Part shown: positions 1 through 8,744 of the stretch, piece after piece
How the letters are laid out: each line of letters begins with the position of its first letter
Position numbering within the stretch: position 1 is the stretch's first letter
NCBI GenBank assembly: GCA_026126165.1
Contig: JAHCJR010000051.1
Location: forward strand, 1,015 to 25,014
Source: Alphaproteobacteria bacterium
Lineage (GTDB): Bacteria > Pseudomonadota > Alphaproteobacteria > Ferrovibrionales > Ferrovibrionaceae
Direction: 5' to 3'
DNA: 24,000 nt
Notes under the pieces: generated by a model
The model's database searches: none
Told to the model about the DNA's origin: nothing
The model's input: the letters and a program-made list of their open reading frames with translations, nothing else
Translations under genes and position numbers: made by a program

Positions 1-2
1 AT

Positions 3-845
3 ATGGCGCGTCTGCAGGACAAGGTGGTCGTCATCACTGGCGGCACGAGCGGAATCGGCAAGCGGGCAGTGGAACTCTGCGCCGCGGAGGGTGCCTTCGT
101 CGTCATGGGCGCGCGGCGGGTGGCGGAAGGCAATGCCATCGACGCCGCGCTTGGCTCGCGCGTCGAGTTCCTCGCCACAGACGTCACGCGCGAGGCCGAC
201 ATGGAGCGCCTGATCGGGCGGGCCATGGAGCGGCATGGCCGCATCGACTGCCTGGTGAACAATGCCGGCGGCCCGGCGCCGGTCGGCGGCATCGAGACCA
301 TTCCCTTCGCCGGCTATCAGGCGGCGATGGACGTGCTGCTGGGCAGCGTGGTGCTCGGCATGAAGCACGTGGCGCCGATCATGTCGCGGCAGGAGGCGGG
401 CTCGATCATCAACATCGCCTCGGTTGCCGGGCTGCGCGCCGGGCTGTCATCCTCGATGATCTACAGCGCCGCCAAGGCCGCGGTCATCCATCTGACGCGC
501 TGCGTCGCCATGCAGCTCGGCGAACGCGGCGTGCGGGTCAATTCCATCTCGCCCGGCGGCATCGCCACCGGCATATTCGGCAAGGCGCTCGGGCTGTCGA
601 CCGAGAAGGCCGAGGGGACGGCGGAAGCGGTGGCGGCGGCGCTGGCGAAGCTGCAGCCGATCCCGCGCGCCGGCCGGCCGGACGACATCGCCGAGGCGAT
701 CGTCTATCTCGCCTCCGACCAGTCGAGCTTCGTCAACGGCAACGACCTGGTGGTCGATGGCGGACTGGTCGGCGGCCGCTTCTGGAGCGTGCAGCAGCAG
801 GGCCTCGAGCAGATGCGCAAGGCCTTCGGCATCGCGCCGGAGTGA
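3..845 (+). CDS. SDR-family NAD(P)-dependent oxidoreductase (substrate unknown)
   Basis: 280-aa ORF with ATG at 3. It has the Rossmann motif VVVITGGTSGIGK, an NNAGG motif and the catalytic YSAAK (Y-x3-K). It is convergent with the next gene, with a 4-nt gap. Confidence 0.85.
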   Translation: MARLQDKVVVITGGTSGIGKRAVELCAAEGAFVVMGARRVAEGNAIDAALGSRVEFLATDVTREADMERLIGRAMERHGRIDCLVNNAGGPAPVGGIETIPFAGYQAAMDVLLGSVVLGMKHVAPIMSRQEAGSIINIASVAGLRAGLSSSMIYSAAKAAVIHLTRCVAMQLGERGVRVNSISPGGIATGIFGKALGLSTEKAEGTAEAVAAALAKLQPIPRAGRPDDIAEAIVYLASDQSSFVNGNDLVVDGGLVGGRFWSVQQQGLEQMRKAFGIAPE

Positions 846-849
846 GGCG

Positions 850-1710
850 TCAGCCGATCTCCGCCAGCCCGTTGTTGAGCACCACCACCTTCCGCTCCGG
901 CACGCTGCAGCGGAAGGCGGCGCGCCCCTCCGCCTCGCGCCAGACCTCGGTCCGGATCGTTTCGCCCGGATAGACCGGCGAGGAGAAGCGGCAGTCCATG
1001 CGCCTGAGGCGGGCCGGCTCGTAGTCGCAGAGCAGCCTGAGCAGCGCATGGCCGGCGATGCCGTAGGTGCAGAGGCCATGCAGGATCGGCCGGTCGAAGC
1101 CGGCCGACCTGGCCACCTTCGGATCGGCATGGAGCGGATTGTAGTCGCCCGAGAGCCGGTAGATCAGCGCGGCCTGCGCCAAGGTCGGCAGGTCGAGCGA
1201 AAGATCGGCCGGCCGCTCGGGCAGCGGATGGGGATCGCGGGTCGGTCCGCCCGGTCCGCCGAAGCCGCCGTCGCCGCGCATGAAGGTGGTGCTGTTCAGG
1301 GTGCAGAGCAGATCGCCGGACGCCTTGTCGAAGACCTCGCGCGTCGAATACATCAGCGCGCCCTTCTCCTTGCCCTTGTCGAAGATCTCGATCACCCGGG
1401 CGCGGCCGATCACCGTGCCTTCCGCCGGCAGCGGCCGATGCAGCACGAGGCCCTGCTCGCCATGCAGGACGCGCCGCCAGTCGGCGCCGGTTTCGGGATT
1501 CTTCAGCCAGAAGCCGGGATAGCCCAGCACCACCGCCAGGGTGGGCAGTGCCTTCAGGCCATCCTCGTAGACGAAGCGAAGCTGCTTCTCGTCCATCGGA
1601 TCGTGGCCCAGTCCAAGTCCGAGGGCATAGAGGATCGTATCCTTGGCGCGATAACTGTGCTCGATCTCCGGGAAGCGCCAGTTCTTGAGTTTCTCATAGT
1701 CGATCGCCAT
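850..1710 (-). CDS. MaoC-like (R)-specific enoyl-CoA hydratase, hydratase-2 type, double hot-dog
   Basis: 286-aa ORF. YRLSGDYNPLHADPKVARSAGFDRPILHGLCTYG closely matches the hydratase-2 motif of the MFE-2/HSD17B4 hydratase domain as I remember it. The ATG (1708-1710) lies 11 nt after the stop of the upstream SDR and is preceded by an AAGGGG SD-like sequence. Confidence 0.85.
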   Translation of the reverse strand: MAIDYEKLKNWRFPEIEHSYRAKDTILYALGLGLGHDPMDEKQLRFVYEDGLKALPTLAVVLGYPGFWLKNPETGADWRRVLHGEQGLVLHRPLPAEGTVIGRARVIEIFDKGKEKGALMYSTREVFDKASGDLLCTLNSTTFMRGDGGFGGPGGPTRDPHPLPERPADLSLDLPTLAQAALIYRLSGDYNPLHADPKVARSAGFDRPILHGLCTYGIAGHALLRLLCDYEPARLRRMDCRFSSPVYPGETIRTEVWREAEGRAAFRCSVPERKVVVLNNGLAEIG

Positions 1711-1721
1711 GGCGCGCCCCT

Positions 1722-2645
1722 TCAGACCGGATCCCAGGAGAAAACGTCGCCCGAACGCTCCAGCTTGTAGAACGAGGAACGAAGGGCCGGCAGCAGATGC
1801 TCGCCGATGCTCTCCGGCGTCCAGCCGCCGTCGCGATGCACCGAGCGGATCGGGCGCGACTGGCTCATCAGGAAGATCTCGTTCTTGCGCACGGCGAAGA
1901 TCTGGCCGGTGACCTCGCGCGCGCCATCGCCGCAGAGAAAGACGGTGAGCGGCGCGATCTTGTCCGCCGACATGGTTTTCAGGCGCTCGACGCGCGCTTC
2001 CTCCTCCGGCGTCGCGGTTGGAATGGTGCCGATGAGCCGGCTCCAGGCGAAGGGCGAGATGCAGTTGGAGCGCACGTTGTAGCGCGCCATGTCGAGCGCG
2101 ATCGATTTCGACAGGCCGACGATGCCCATCTTCGCCGCCGCATAGTTGGCTTGCCCGAAATTGCCGACCAGGCCCGAGGTCGAGGTGAAATGGACGAAGG
2201 CGCCGCTTTCCTGCTCGCGGAAGTGGTTGGCGGCGGCGCGCGAGACATAGAAGCTGCCGAACAGGTGCACCTTCACCACCTGCTCGAAATCCAGCACCGA
2301 CATCTTGTGGAAAATACGGTCGCGCAGGATGCCGGCATTGTTGACGACGCAGTCGATGCGGCCGAACCGGTCAACGGCGGTCCTGATGATGGCTTCGGCG
2401 CCGGCCGGATCGGCGACGCTGTCGGTATTGGCGACGGCCGCGCCGCCGGCCGCGACGATTTCGTTCGCCACCTCCTGCGCCGGACCGATCGAGCCCGGTC
2501 CTTCGCCATCGGCGCCGCCGCCCAGATCGTTGACCACGACGCTGGCGCCCTGCCTGCCGGCGAGAAGCGCGATCTCGCGACCGATGCCGCGACCCGCGCC
2601 GGTCACCACCATTACCTTGCCTTCGACGCAACCGTTTGCCGTCAT
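1722..2645 (-). CDS. SDR, MFE-2 N-terminal-like (3R)-3-hydroxyacyl-CoA dehydrogenase
   Basis: The true start is taken at the internal ATG (2643-2645, MTANGCVEGKVMVVTGAGRGIG) of the 532-aa track ORF. The upstream part of that ORF overlaps the GST gene out of frame. VVVNDLGG...GRIDCVVNNAGILRDR...GNFGQANYAAAKMG resembles the dehydrogenase domain of eukaryotic HSD17B4. Confidence 0.85.
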   Translation of the reverse strand: MTANGCVEGKVMVVTGAGRGIGREIALLAGRQGASVVVNDLGGGADGEGPGSIGPAQEVANEIVAAGGAAVANTDSVADPAGAEAIIRTAVDRFGRIDCVVNNAGILRDRIFHKMSVLDFEQVVKVHLFGSFYVSRAAANHFREQESGAFVHFTSTSGLVGNFGQANYAAAKMGIVGLSKSIALDMARYNVRSNCISPFAWSRLIGTIPTATPEEEARVERLKTMSADKIAPLTVFLCGDGAREVTGQIFAVRKNEIFLMSQSRPIRSVHRDGGWTPESIGEHLLPALRSSFYKLERSGDVFSWDPV

Positions 2646-2758
2646 GCGCTTCCCCCGTTCGCCACTCGCGTGCCGCTCATGCAAGCGGCCGCGGGCACCA
2701 TAAGCATCGCGGCGCTGGACCGCAACGACGGGGCTTGCATGGCTGCCAGCCGAGGCTG

Positions 2759-3373
2759 CTATTCGCGCATTTTCACCGCGGCGATCGCCGACGGACGGGC
2801 GTAGCAGCGGTTGAGCCAGTCGGCCAGCGCGGGATAGTCGTGCAGCATCATCTTGCGGGCACGGAACAGCACCGACGCCACGTTGAGATCGGCAACGGTG
2901 AACTGGCGTCCCAGCAGATAGGGCGTGCGGGCCACTGTCTGGTCGAGCACCTTGAAGGGGCGCTGCATTTCCTCGAGCGCGGCCTTGGCGAGCTTGGTGT
3001 TGCGCTTGGCCGGCGGCAGGACATGATCGTTCAACGCCCAGGCGATGATCGGCTTGTCGAGTTCGGAGAGCGCGAACATGCTCCACTGCCAGCACAGTGC
3101 TTCGCCCTTCAGGCTCTGCGGATAGAAACGCTTGGAATGCTTCTTCGCCAGGTAGAGCGTGATCGCAAGCGATTCCCAGAGCGTGAAATCGCCATCCCGG
3201 ATGGCAGGTATCTTGCCGTTCGGGTTGATCGCCAGATACTCGGGCGAATCGAGGGTTTCGGTGCCGCCGAAGCCGATCAGGATGTGCTTGAACTTGAGGT
3301 CCAGTTCGTGCGCCACCCACAGCACCCTGAAGGTGCGCGAAGCGGCGACGCCGTAGATCGACAGTGAAGTCAT
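2759..3373 (-). CDS. glutathione S-transferase family protein
   Basis: 204-aa ORF, ATG at 3371-3373. It has an N-terminal thioredoxin-like GST region (GKIPAIRDGDFTLWESLAITLYL, the typical cis-Pro / Glu-Ser GSH-binding segment) and a helical C-terminal domain. Confidence 0.85.
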   Translation of the reverse strand: MTSLSIYGVAASRTFRVLWVAHELDLKFKHILIGFGGTETLDSPEYLAINPNGKIPAIRDGDFTLWESLAITLYLAKKHSKRFYPQSLKGEALCWQWSMFALSELDKPIIAWALNDHVLPPAKRNTKLAKAALEEMQRPFKVLDQTVARTPYLLGRQFTVADLNVASVLFRARKMMLHDYPALADWLNRCYARPSAIAAVKMRE

Positions 3374-3511
3374 GTCCCCCTCTCCCCCAAAAGCCGGCCC
3401 GCTGGTCCTTGACCTGGCCAGTCTATAGCCTTGCGCCTCGGCCTGCGTGCCCTAAAGTCGCTGCCAAAGCATGCGAGCCAGACCGTGACCTCAGCCAGCA
3501 GCGATGCAGCC

Positions 3512-4228
3512 ATGCAGCCCGTCCGCTTTCTCGATGCCGGCGAGCAGGCGCTGGTCGTCGAGTTCGGCGACGGGATCGACCCGGCGCTGAATGCCATGGT
3601 GCATGCATTCGATGCGGCGCTGCAAGAGGCGGCGATTCCCGGCTTGCAGGAGACCCTGCCGACCTACCGTTCCGTCCTCGTCCATTTCGATCCTGCGACC
3701 ATCGACCGCGCGGCGCTCAGCGCGCGACTGCGCGAACTGGCCGGCCTGGCGGCGCGCGGGCGGTTTCATCCGGCGCGCCGCTGGCTGGTGCCGGTTGCCT
3801 ATGGCGGTGCCGCAGGGATCGACCTGGACGACGTGGCGCGGGCGCTCGAACTCTCCACGGCAGAGGTCGTGCGGCTGCATGCGGGTGCCGAGTACGTAGT
3901 TTACATGCTGGGTTTCTCGCCTGGTGTTCCGTATCTCGGTGGGCTGCCGCAACGGCTGCACCTGACCAGGCGGGCGGAGCCGCGCCTGCGCACGCCGGCG
4001 CGCAGCGTGATGATCGGCGGCCAGCAGGCGGCCATTCTCCCCGGCGAGATGCCGAGCGGCTGGCACGTGCTTGGCCGCACGCCGGTGCATCCCTTCGACC
4101 TGCGGCGTGCCGAGCCGTTCCTGTTCCGCCCGGGCGATCTGCTCCGTTTCGAGCCGGTGAGCGAGGCGGAGCTCGCGCGCCTGGAAGCCCGGACCGACTG
4201 GCTGGCGCCGGTGGAGCGGCTGGCATGA
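3512..4228 (+). CDS. pxpB: 5-oxoprolinase subunit PxpB (allophanate hydrolase subunit 1 / KipI family)
   Basis: Start taken at ATG 3512 (MQPVRFLDAGEQALVVEF) inside track ORF 3431..4228. VPVAYGG..G.DL..VA, EYVVYMLGFSPGVPYLGGLP and RRAEPRLRTPARSVMIGG match E. coli YbgJ/PxpB as remembered. Confidence 0.8.
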   Translation: MQPVRFLDAGEQALVVEFGDGIDPALNAMVHAFDAALQEAAIPGLQETLPTYRSVLVHFDPATIDRAALSARLRELAGLAARGRFHPARRWLVPVAYGGAAGIDLDDVARALELSTAEVVRLHAGAEYVVYMLGFSPGVPYLGGLPQRLHLTRRAEPRLRTPARSVMIGGQQAAILPGEMPSGWHVLGRTPVHPFDLRRAEPFLFRPGDLLRFEPVSEAELARLEARTDWLAPVERLA

Positions 4229-5277
4229 GTGCCCTCGTGGTCGTGGCGGCCGGGCCCGGATCGAGCTTGCAGGATACCGGCCGCATCGGCTGGCTGCGTC
4301 ATGGCGTCTCGCGCGCGGGGGCGTTCGACCGGCGCTATCAGGCGGCGGCGAACATCCTGGTGGGCAACGATCCGGGGCTGGCTTGCGTCGAAATGACCCT
4401 GGCCGGCGACAGCTACCGGCTGGATGCCGAAAGTGCGCTGGTTGCTTTTGCCGGACGCTTCCGGCTGCGGATCGACGGCGAGGATGCGGCGCCGTTCCGC
4501 GCCCATCTGCTGCATCGCGGGCAGACCCTGTCCGTCGGTCCGGCGGAAGGCGAGGTGCGGGGCTATCTGGCGATCGCCGGCGGCTTCGATCTCGCCCCCG
4601 TCCTTGGCAGCCTGTCCACCCATGTCCGTACCGGCATTGGCCCGCTTGGCGGGCGGGCGCTGCGGGCTGGCGAGCGGCTGCCACTGCATCAGGCCCGCGC
4701 CCCCGCCCGCCCACCGCTCGCCATCGATCCGGCGCTTCTGGTCCGCCCGCCGGCCGCGCTCCGCGTGATGCTCGGGCCCCAGGACGGGCATTTCACGCCG
4801 GAGGGCATAGCGACCCTGTTCGGCGCACGCTTCCGGGTGACGGCAGACGCGGACCGGATGGGCTATCGGCTGGCGGGTCCGCCGATCGCGCATGCGCTGG
4901 GCTACAACATCGTCTCGGACGGCATCCCGCCGGGCGCCATCCAGGTGCCCGGCGACGGTCAGCCGATCCTGCTCGGTCCCGACCGGCAGACCACCGGCGG
5001 CTACCCGAAGATCGGCTGCATCATCGGCCCCGATCTCGGCCTGCTGGCGCAGGCTTCGCCCGGGCAGGAGTTGACCTTCCGTCAGGTCGGTATCGAGGAA
5101 GCGACGGCGGCCGAACTCGCGGAACGGCGCTTTATCGCCGGGTTGGCGGGCCGGATGCGCCCTGCCGGCGCGGCGGGACTGGACAGCGGGCTGCTTCTGG
5201 AGGCCAATCTGATCGATGGCGTGATCGACATGAACGCACCGGAATGGCGCGGGGGCAACGAGGAGGCAGGACAATGA
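4225..5277 (+). CDS. pxpC: 5-oxoprolinase subunit PxpC (allophanate hydrolase subunit 2 / KipA family)
   Basis: Start at ATG 4225 (MSALVVVAAGPGSSLQDTGRIGWLRHGVSRAGAFD...ANILVGND), in frame inside the 637-aa track ORF. It overlaps the pxpB stop as ATGA (4225-4228), which suggests translational coupling. Confidence 0.8.
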   Translation: MSALVVVAAGPGSSLQDTGRIGWLRHGVSRAGAFDRRYQAAANILVGNDPGLACVEMTLAGDSYRLDAESALVAFAGRFRLRIDGEDAAPFRAHLLHRGQTLSVGPAEGEVRGYLAIAGGFDLAPVLGSLSTHVRTGIGPLGGRALRAGERLPLHQARAPARPPLAIDPALLVRPPAALRVMLGPQDGHFTPEGIATLFGARFRVTADADRMGYRLAGPPIAHALGYNIVSDGIPPGAIQVPGDGQPILLGPDRQTTGGYPKIGCIIGPDLGLLAQASPGQELTFRQVGIEEATAAELAERRFIAGLAGRMRPAGAAGLDSGLLLEANLIDGVIDMNAPEWRGGNEEAGQ

Positions 5278-6050
5278 ACCGTGGCGTCGACCTGAACTGC
5301 GACATGGGCGAGAGCTTTGGTGCCTGGACGATGGGCAGCGATGCCGAGATGCTGGATATCGTCAGTTCCGCCAATGTCGCCTGCGGCTTTCACGCCGGCG
5401 ATCCGCTGGTCATGGCCGAGACGCTGCAACAGGCACGCCGTCGTGGCGTCGCGGTGGGCGCGCATCCGGGCTTTCTCGATCTCTGGGGTTTCGGCCGGCG
5501 CCAGATTCGCGGCGACAGTCCGGCCGATATCGAGCGGATGATCGCCTATCAGATCGGCGCGCTGATGGGCGTCGCCGCCCTGGTCGGCAGCGCGGTGACG
5601 CATGTCAAGGCGCATGGCGCGCTGTCCAACATGGCGGCGGTCGAAATGGACCTGGCGCTGGCCATCGCCCGCGCGGTCAAGGGGGTCGAGCCCGGCCTGA
5701 TCTTCGTGGTCATGCCCGGCAACTGCCTCGAGCGGGCGGGCGAGGCGGAAGGGCTGCGCCTGGCGCGCGAGGTCTTCGCCGACCGCACCTATGACGACGA
5801 TGGCAACCTGACGCCGCGCAAGCAGCCCGGCGCCGTCATCCACGATGCCGCGCTGGCGGCGGGCCGGGTGCTGGAAATGGTTCAGGACGGCGCCATCCGC
5901 GCGACCTCGGGCAAGCGCATTCCCGTGCGCATCGACACGATCTGCGTGCATGGCGACAACCCGGCGGCGGTGGCCATGGCGCGGGCCGTGCGCGGCACGC
6001 TGGAAGGGGCCGGCATCGCCATCAGGCCGATGCGCGAACTGGTCGCCTGA
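5274..6050 (+). CDS. pxpA: 5-oxoprolinase subunit PxpA (LamB/YcsF family)
   Basis: Start at ATG 5274 (MNRGVDLNCDMGESFG...SSANVACGFHAGDP...GAHPGF), which is the LamB/YcsF signature. It overlaps the pxpC stop as ATGA (5274-5277). Confidence 0.85.
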   Translation: MNRGVDLNCDMGESFGAWTMGSDAEMLDIVSSANVACGFHAGDPLVMAETLQQARRRGVAVGAHPGFLDLWGFGRRQIRGDSPADIERMIAYQIGALMGVAALVGSAVTHVKAHGALSNMAAVEMDLALAIARAVKGVEPGLIFVVMPGNCLERAGEAEGLRLAREVFADRTYDDDGNLTPRKQPGAVIHDAALAAGRVLEMVQDGAIRATSGKRIPVRIDTICVHGDNPAAVAMARAVRGTLEGAGIAIRPMRELVA

Positions 6051-6056
6051 GCCGGC

Positions 6057-6593
6057 TCAGCCGCCGCCGCGCGGCCGGCGGAAGATCTGCGCGCCATGGC
6101 GGTGCGGGGCGGGCGCCACCGGCCGGCTTCGGGCCGAGATCGGCCGTTCCGCGAAGCGCCCGAGCGAGATCAGCCGGTCGTACATGACGATGGCGCCGGC
6201 GACGCCGAGATTGATGCAGAAGCTTGTGGGAATGCGTACCACCTGCTGGCAGCGGGCGAGCAGGGCGGGGGAGAGGGAGCCACGTTCCGGCCCGAACACA
6301 TAGGCTGCCTGGAGCGGATGCTTGAAGCTCGGCAGCGGAATCGCCTCGTCCATGAGTTCGATGCCGACCAGCAGGCAGGATTGCGGCAGTTGCAGTTCCT
6401 CCACCCGATCGAAGACGTACCACGGCAGGTTGTCGGCGGTGCGGCTGGTGTCGGAACGCAGCGCGGTCACCTTCCGTTCCGCGCCGAGGGTGAAGACGAA
6501 GCTGGCGCCGAAGGCATGCGCCGAACGAAACAGGTTGCCGGCATTCATCGGCTTCGATAAGCCTTCGACGCCGACGCCGAAATAGCCGCGCAT
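6057..6593 (-). CDS. SpoU/TrmH-family RNA 2'-O-methyltransferase
   Basis: Only the C-terminal 178 aa of the 656-aa track ORF look genuine (ATG at 6591-6593, MRGYFGVGVEG...). The motifs AYVFGPERGSLS and RIPTSFCINLGVAGAIVMYD are typical SPOUT-knot motifs. The rest of the track ORF is antisense to the asparaginase gene. Confidence 0.75.
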   Translation of the reverse strand: MRGYFGVGVEGLSKPMNAGNLFRSAHAFGASFVFTLGAERKVTALRSDTSRTADNLPWYVFDRVEELQLPQSCLLVGIELMDEAIPLPSFKHPLQAAYVFGPERGSLSPALLARCQQVVRIPTSFCINLGVAGAIVMYDRLISLGRFAERPISARSRPVAPAPHRHGAQIFRRPRGGG

Positions 6594-6653
6594 GGACACC
6601 CTCGCTTTCGGACCAGGCCGCGCCAACAACCGCCCATATAGACGAGGACCGCG

Positions 6654-7685
6654 ATGATCGCCAGTTTTCCGCAACCGCCCGGACCGGCGCCCCTGCTGGT
6701 CGAGGTGACGCGCGGCGGTTTCGTCGAGAGCCGTCACCATGTCATCTGCGCCCTCACCGACGGGCAGGGCGCGCTGCTCGCCGCCTGGGGGGATGTGGAG
6801 ATGCCGGTTTCGCCCCGCTCCGCCTGCAAGCCGCTGCAGCAGATCGCTCTTGTCGAAAGCGGCGCGGCGGATGCCTTCGGCCTGTCGGCGGAGGAACTGG
6901 CGCTCGCCTGCGCCTCCCATAGCGGCCAGAAGGAGCATGTGGCGCGCGTCGGCGCCTGGCTCGGACGGCTCGGCCTCGGCGAAGCCGACCTGGAATGCGG
7001 CGCGCATTTTCCCTATCACGAACCTTCGGCACAGGAACTCTGGCGCACCGGCACGCGTCCGACCCAGTTGCACAACAACTGTTCGGGAAAACATGCAGGC
7101 TTCCTGACGCTCGCCCGCCATCTCGATCTGCCGACCAGAGGCTATGTCGAGAAGGCGCATCCGGTGCAGCAGCAGATCGCCACGGTGATGGGCGAGATGA
7201 CCGGCGCGCCGCTCCGCGAGGCGCCCTGGGGCCCCGATGGCTGCGGCATCCCGACCTATGCCTATCCGCTGGCGGCGCTGGCGCGCGGCCTGGCGCGGAT
7301 GGCGGCACCGGACGGGCTTGCCCCGGCACGGGCGGCGGCCTGCCGCCGGCTGCTCGACGCCATGGGCGGCCAGCCGCTGATGGTGGCCGGGGAAGGTCGC
7401 TTCGACACCGCCGCCATGCGCGCCACCGGACCGCGCATCGTGACCAAGGGCGGCGCCGAGGGCGTGCATGTCGCGGCGATCCGCGAGCGCGGCTGGGGTC
7501 TTGCCGTCAAGTCGCTGGACGGCGCGGCCCGCGCCGCCGACGCGGCGACGGCGGCTGTGCTTGACTGGCTCGGCCTGCTGGGACCGGCAGAGCAGGCGGC
7601 GCTGGCGCCTTTCCGCCGCCAGCGGCTGGAGACGCGGCGGGGGATCGAGGCCGGCTTCGTGCGCATGGCCGAGGCGGGATTTTGA
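6654..7685 (+). CDS. asparaginase, Rhizobium etli-type (Asparaginase_II family, class 3)
   Basis: 343-aa ORF. VEVTRGGFVESRHH, SACKPLQ, ACASHSG, NNCSGKHAGFL, GPDGCGIP, MVAGEGRFDT and TKGGAEGV align with the R. etli thermolabile asparagine amidohydrolase family as remembered. Confidence 0.8.
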   Translation: MIASFPQPPGPAPLLVEVTRGGFVESRHHVICALTDGQGALLAAWGDVEMPVSPRSACKPLQQIALVESGAADAFGLSAEELALACASHSGQKEHVARVGAWLGRLGLGEADLECGAHFPYHEPSAQELWRTGTRPTQLHNNCSGKHAGFLTLARHLDLPTRGYVEKAHPVQQQIATVMGEMTGAPLREAPWGPDGCGIPTYAYPLAALARGLARMAAPDGLAPARAAACRRLLDAMGGQPLMVAGEGRFDTAAMRATGPRIVTKGGAEGVHVAAIRERGWGLAVKSLDGAARAADAATAAVLDWLGLLGPAEQAALAPFRRQRLETRRGIEAGFVRMAEAGF

Positions 7686-7701
7686 GGCGCCGACAGGGGC
7701 T

Positions 7702-7730
7702 TTGACCGGAACGGGCATCCGGGTTATCAC
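7702..7730 (+). promoter_or_regulatory. candidate sigma70-type promoter for the quinone oxidoreductase / methyltransferase unit
   Basis: TTGACC (7702-7707), a 17-nt spacer, then TATCAC (7725-7730), about 30 nt upstream of a GAGGAGG SD and ATG 7762. This is a sequence match only. Confidence 0.3.
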
Positions 7731-7761
7731 GCGTGGCGAGGGAACACGAGGAGGAGCGGGC

Positions 7762-8739
7762 ATGAAGGCGGTGCTGTGCAAGGCGTTCGGCGGACCGGAA
7801 ACGCTGGTGGTGGAGGAGGTGCCGAGCCCGCCCATCGGGCGCAAGGATGTGCGCATCGCGGTGCATGCGGCGGGCCTGAACTTTCCCGACACGCTGATCA
7901 TCCAGGGCAAGTACCAGTTCAAGCCGCCGTTTCCCTTCAGCCCGGGCCTTGAAGTCGCCGGCGTGGTCGAGGCGGTGGGACCGGAAGTCACCCTGGTCGC
8001 GCCTGGCCAGCGGGTGATGGCGACCACCGGCCATGGCGGTTTCGCCGAGGAGGCGGTGGCGACGGAGGAGAAGGTCTATCCCATCCCGGACCGCATGAGT
8101 TTCGAGGAGGCTGCCGGCTTCCCGATCACCTACGGCACGACCTACCACGCGCTGGTCGACCGCGCGCAGATGAAGCCGGGCGAATGGCTCCTCGTCCATG
8201 GCGCGGGCGGCGGCGTCGGGCTCAACGCGGTGGAACTTGGCCGGCTGATGGGCGCCAAGGTCATCGCCACGGCCGGCTCGCCCTCCAAGCTGGCGCTGGC
8301 CAAGGAGTATGGCGCCGACTATCTGATCGATTATTCCAAGGAGAAGATCCGCGACCGGGTGAAGGAGATCACCGGCGGCAACGGTGCCGACGTGATCTAC
8401 GATCCGGTCGGCGGCGATGTCTTCGACGAATCCATGCGTTGTATCGCCTGGAACGGCAGGCTGCTGGTGATCGGCTTCGCTTCCGGGCGAATTCCGGAAG
8501 TGCCGGCCAATCTGGTCCTGCTCAAGGGTTGCCAGATCGTCGGCGTGTTCTGGGGTTCCTTTGCCGCCCGCGATCCGGACGCCAATCGCCACAACTTCCA
8601 GACCCTGCTTGGCTGGTTCGACGAAGGCCGCCTCAAGCCCTACGTCTCGGGCCATTACCGGCTTGAGGAGGTGCCGCAGGCGATGAATGCCCTGCTCGCC
8701 CGCAAGGTCTCCGGCAAGGCCGTCATCAAGGTACGCTAG
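7762..8739 (+). CDS. NADPH:quinone oxidoreductase family protein (MDR / zeta-crystallin-like)
   Basis: Start at ATG 7762 (MKAVLCKAFGGPETLVVEEV), preceded by GAGGAGG. AAGLNFPD, the LVHGAGGGVGL nucleotide-binding motif and GKYQ...PFSPGLEVAGVV are present. The upstream part of the 423-aa track ORF overlaps the asparaginase gene. Confidence 0.85.
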   Translation: MKAVLCKAFGGPETLVVEEVPSPPIGRKDVRIAVHAAGLNFPDTLIIQGKYQFKPPFPFSPGLEVAGVVEAVGPEVTLVAPGQRVMATTGHGGFAEEAVATEEKVYPIPDRMSFEEAAGFPITYGTTYHALVDRAQMKPGEWLLVHGAGGGVGLNAVELGRLMGAKVIATAGSPSKLALAKEYGADYLIDYSKEKIRDRVKEITGGNGADVIYDPVGGDVFDESMRCIAWNGRLLVIGFASGRIPEVPANLVLLKGCQIVGVFWGSFAARDPDANRHNFQTLLGWFDEGRLKPYVSGHYRLEEVPQAMNALLARKVSGKAVIKVR

Positions 8740-8744
8740 AAACG

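Noticed and set aside
2678-2741. A 9-bp inverted repeat, CATGCAAGC ... GCTTGCATG, with arms 46 nt apart, in the GST / SDR-MaoC spacer.
   Set aside because: A rough estimate gives several such 9-bp inverted repeats within 60 nt by chance in 24 kb. Nothing else supports an operator or structured RNA.
1722-3320. N-terminal extensions of track ORFs: 1722..3320, 3364..5277, 4383..6050, 6057..8027, 7468..8739, 14879..15595, 15187..16698, 17970..18638, 18193..18795 and 19626..20921.
   Set aside because: In each case only the C-terminal part shows family motifs, and it begins at an internal ATG with a plausible SD or coupling signal. The extension overlaps a neighbouring well-supported gene in another frame.
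3409-3429. TTGACC ... TATAGC, which looks like -35/-10 boxes upstream of pxpB, plus the CTGGCCAG palindrome.
   Set aside because: The boxes are only 9 nt apart, which is incompatible with a sigma70 promoter. An 8-bp palindrome is not significant.
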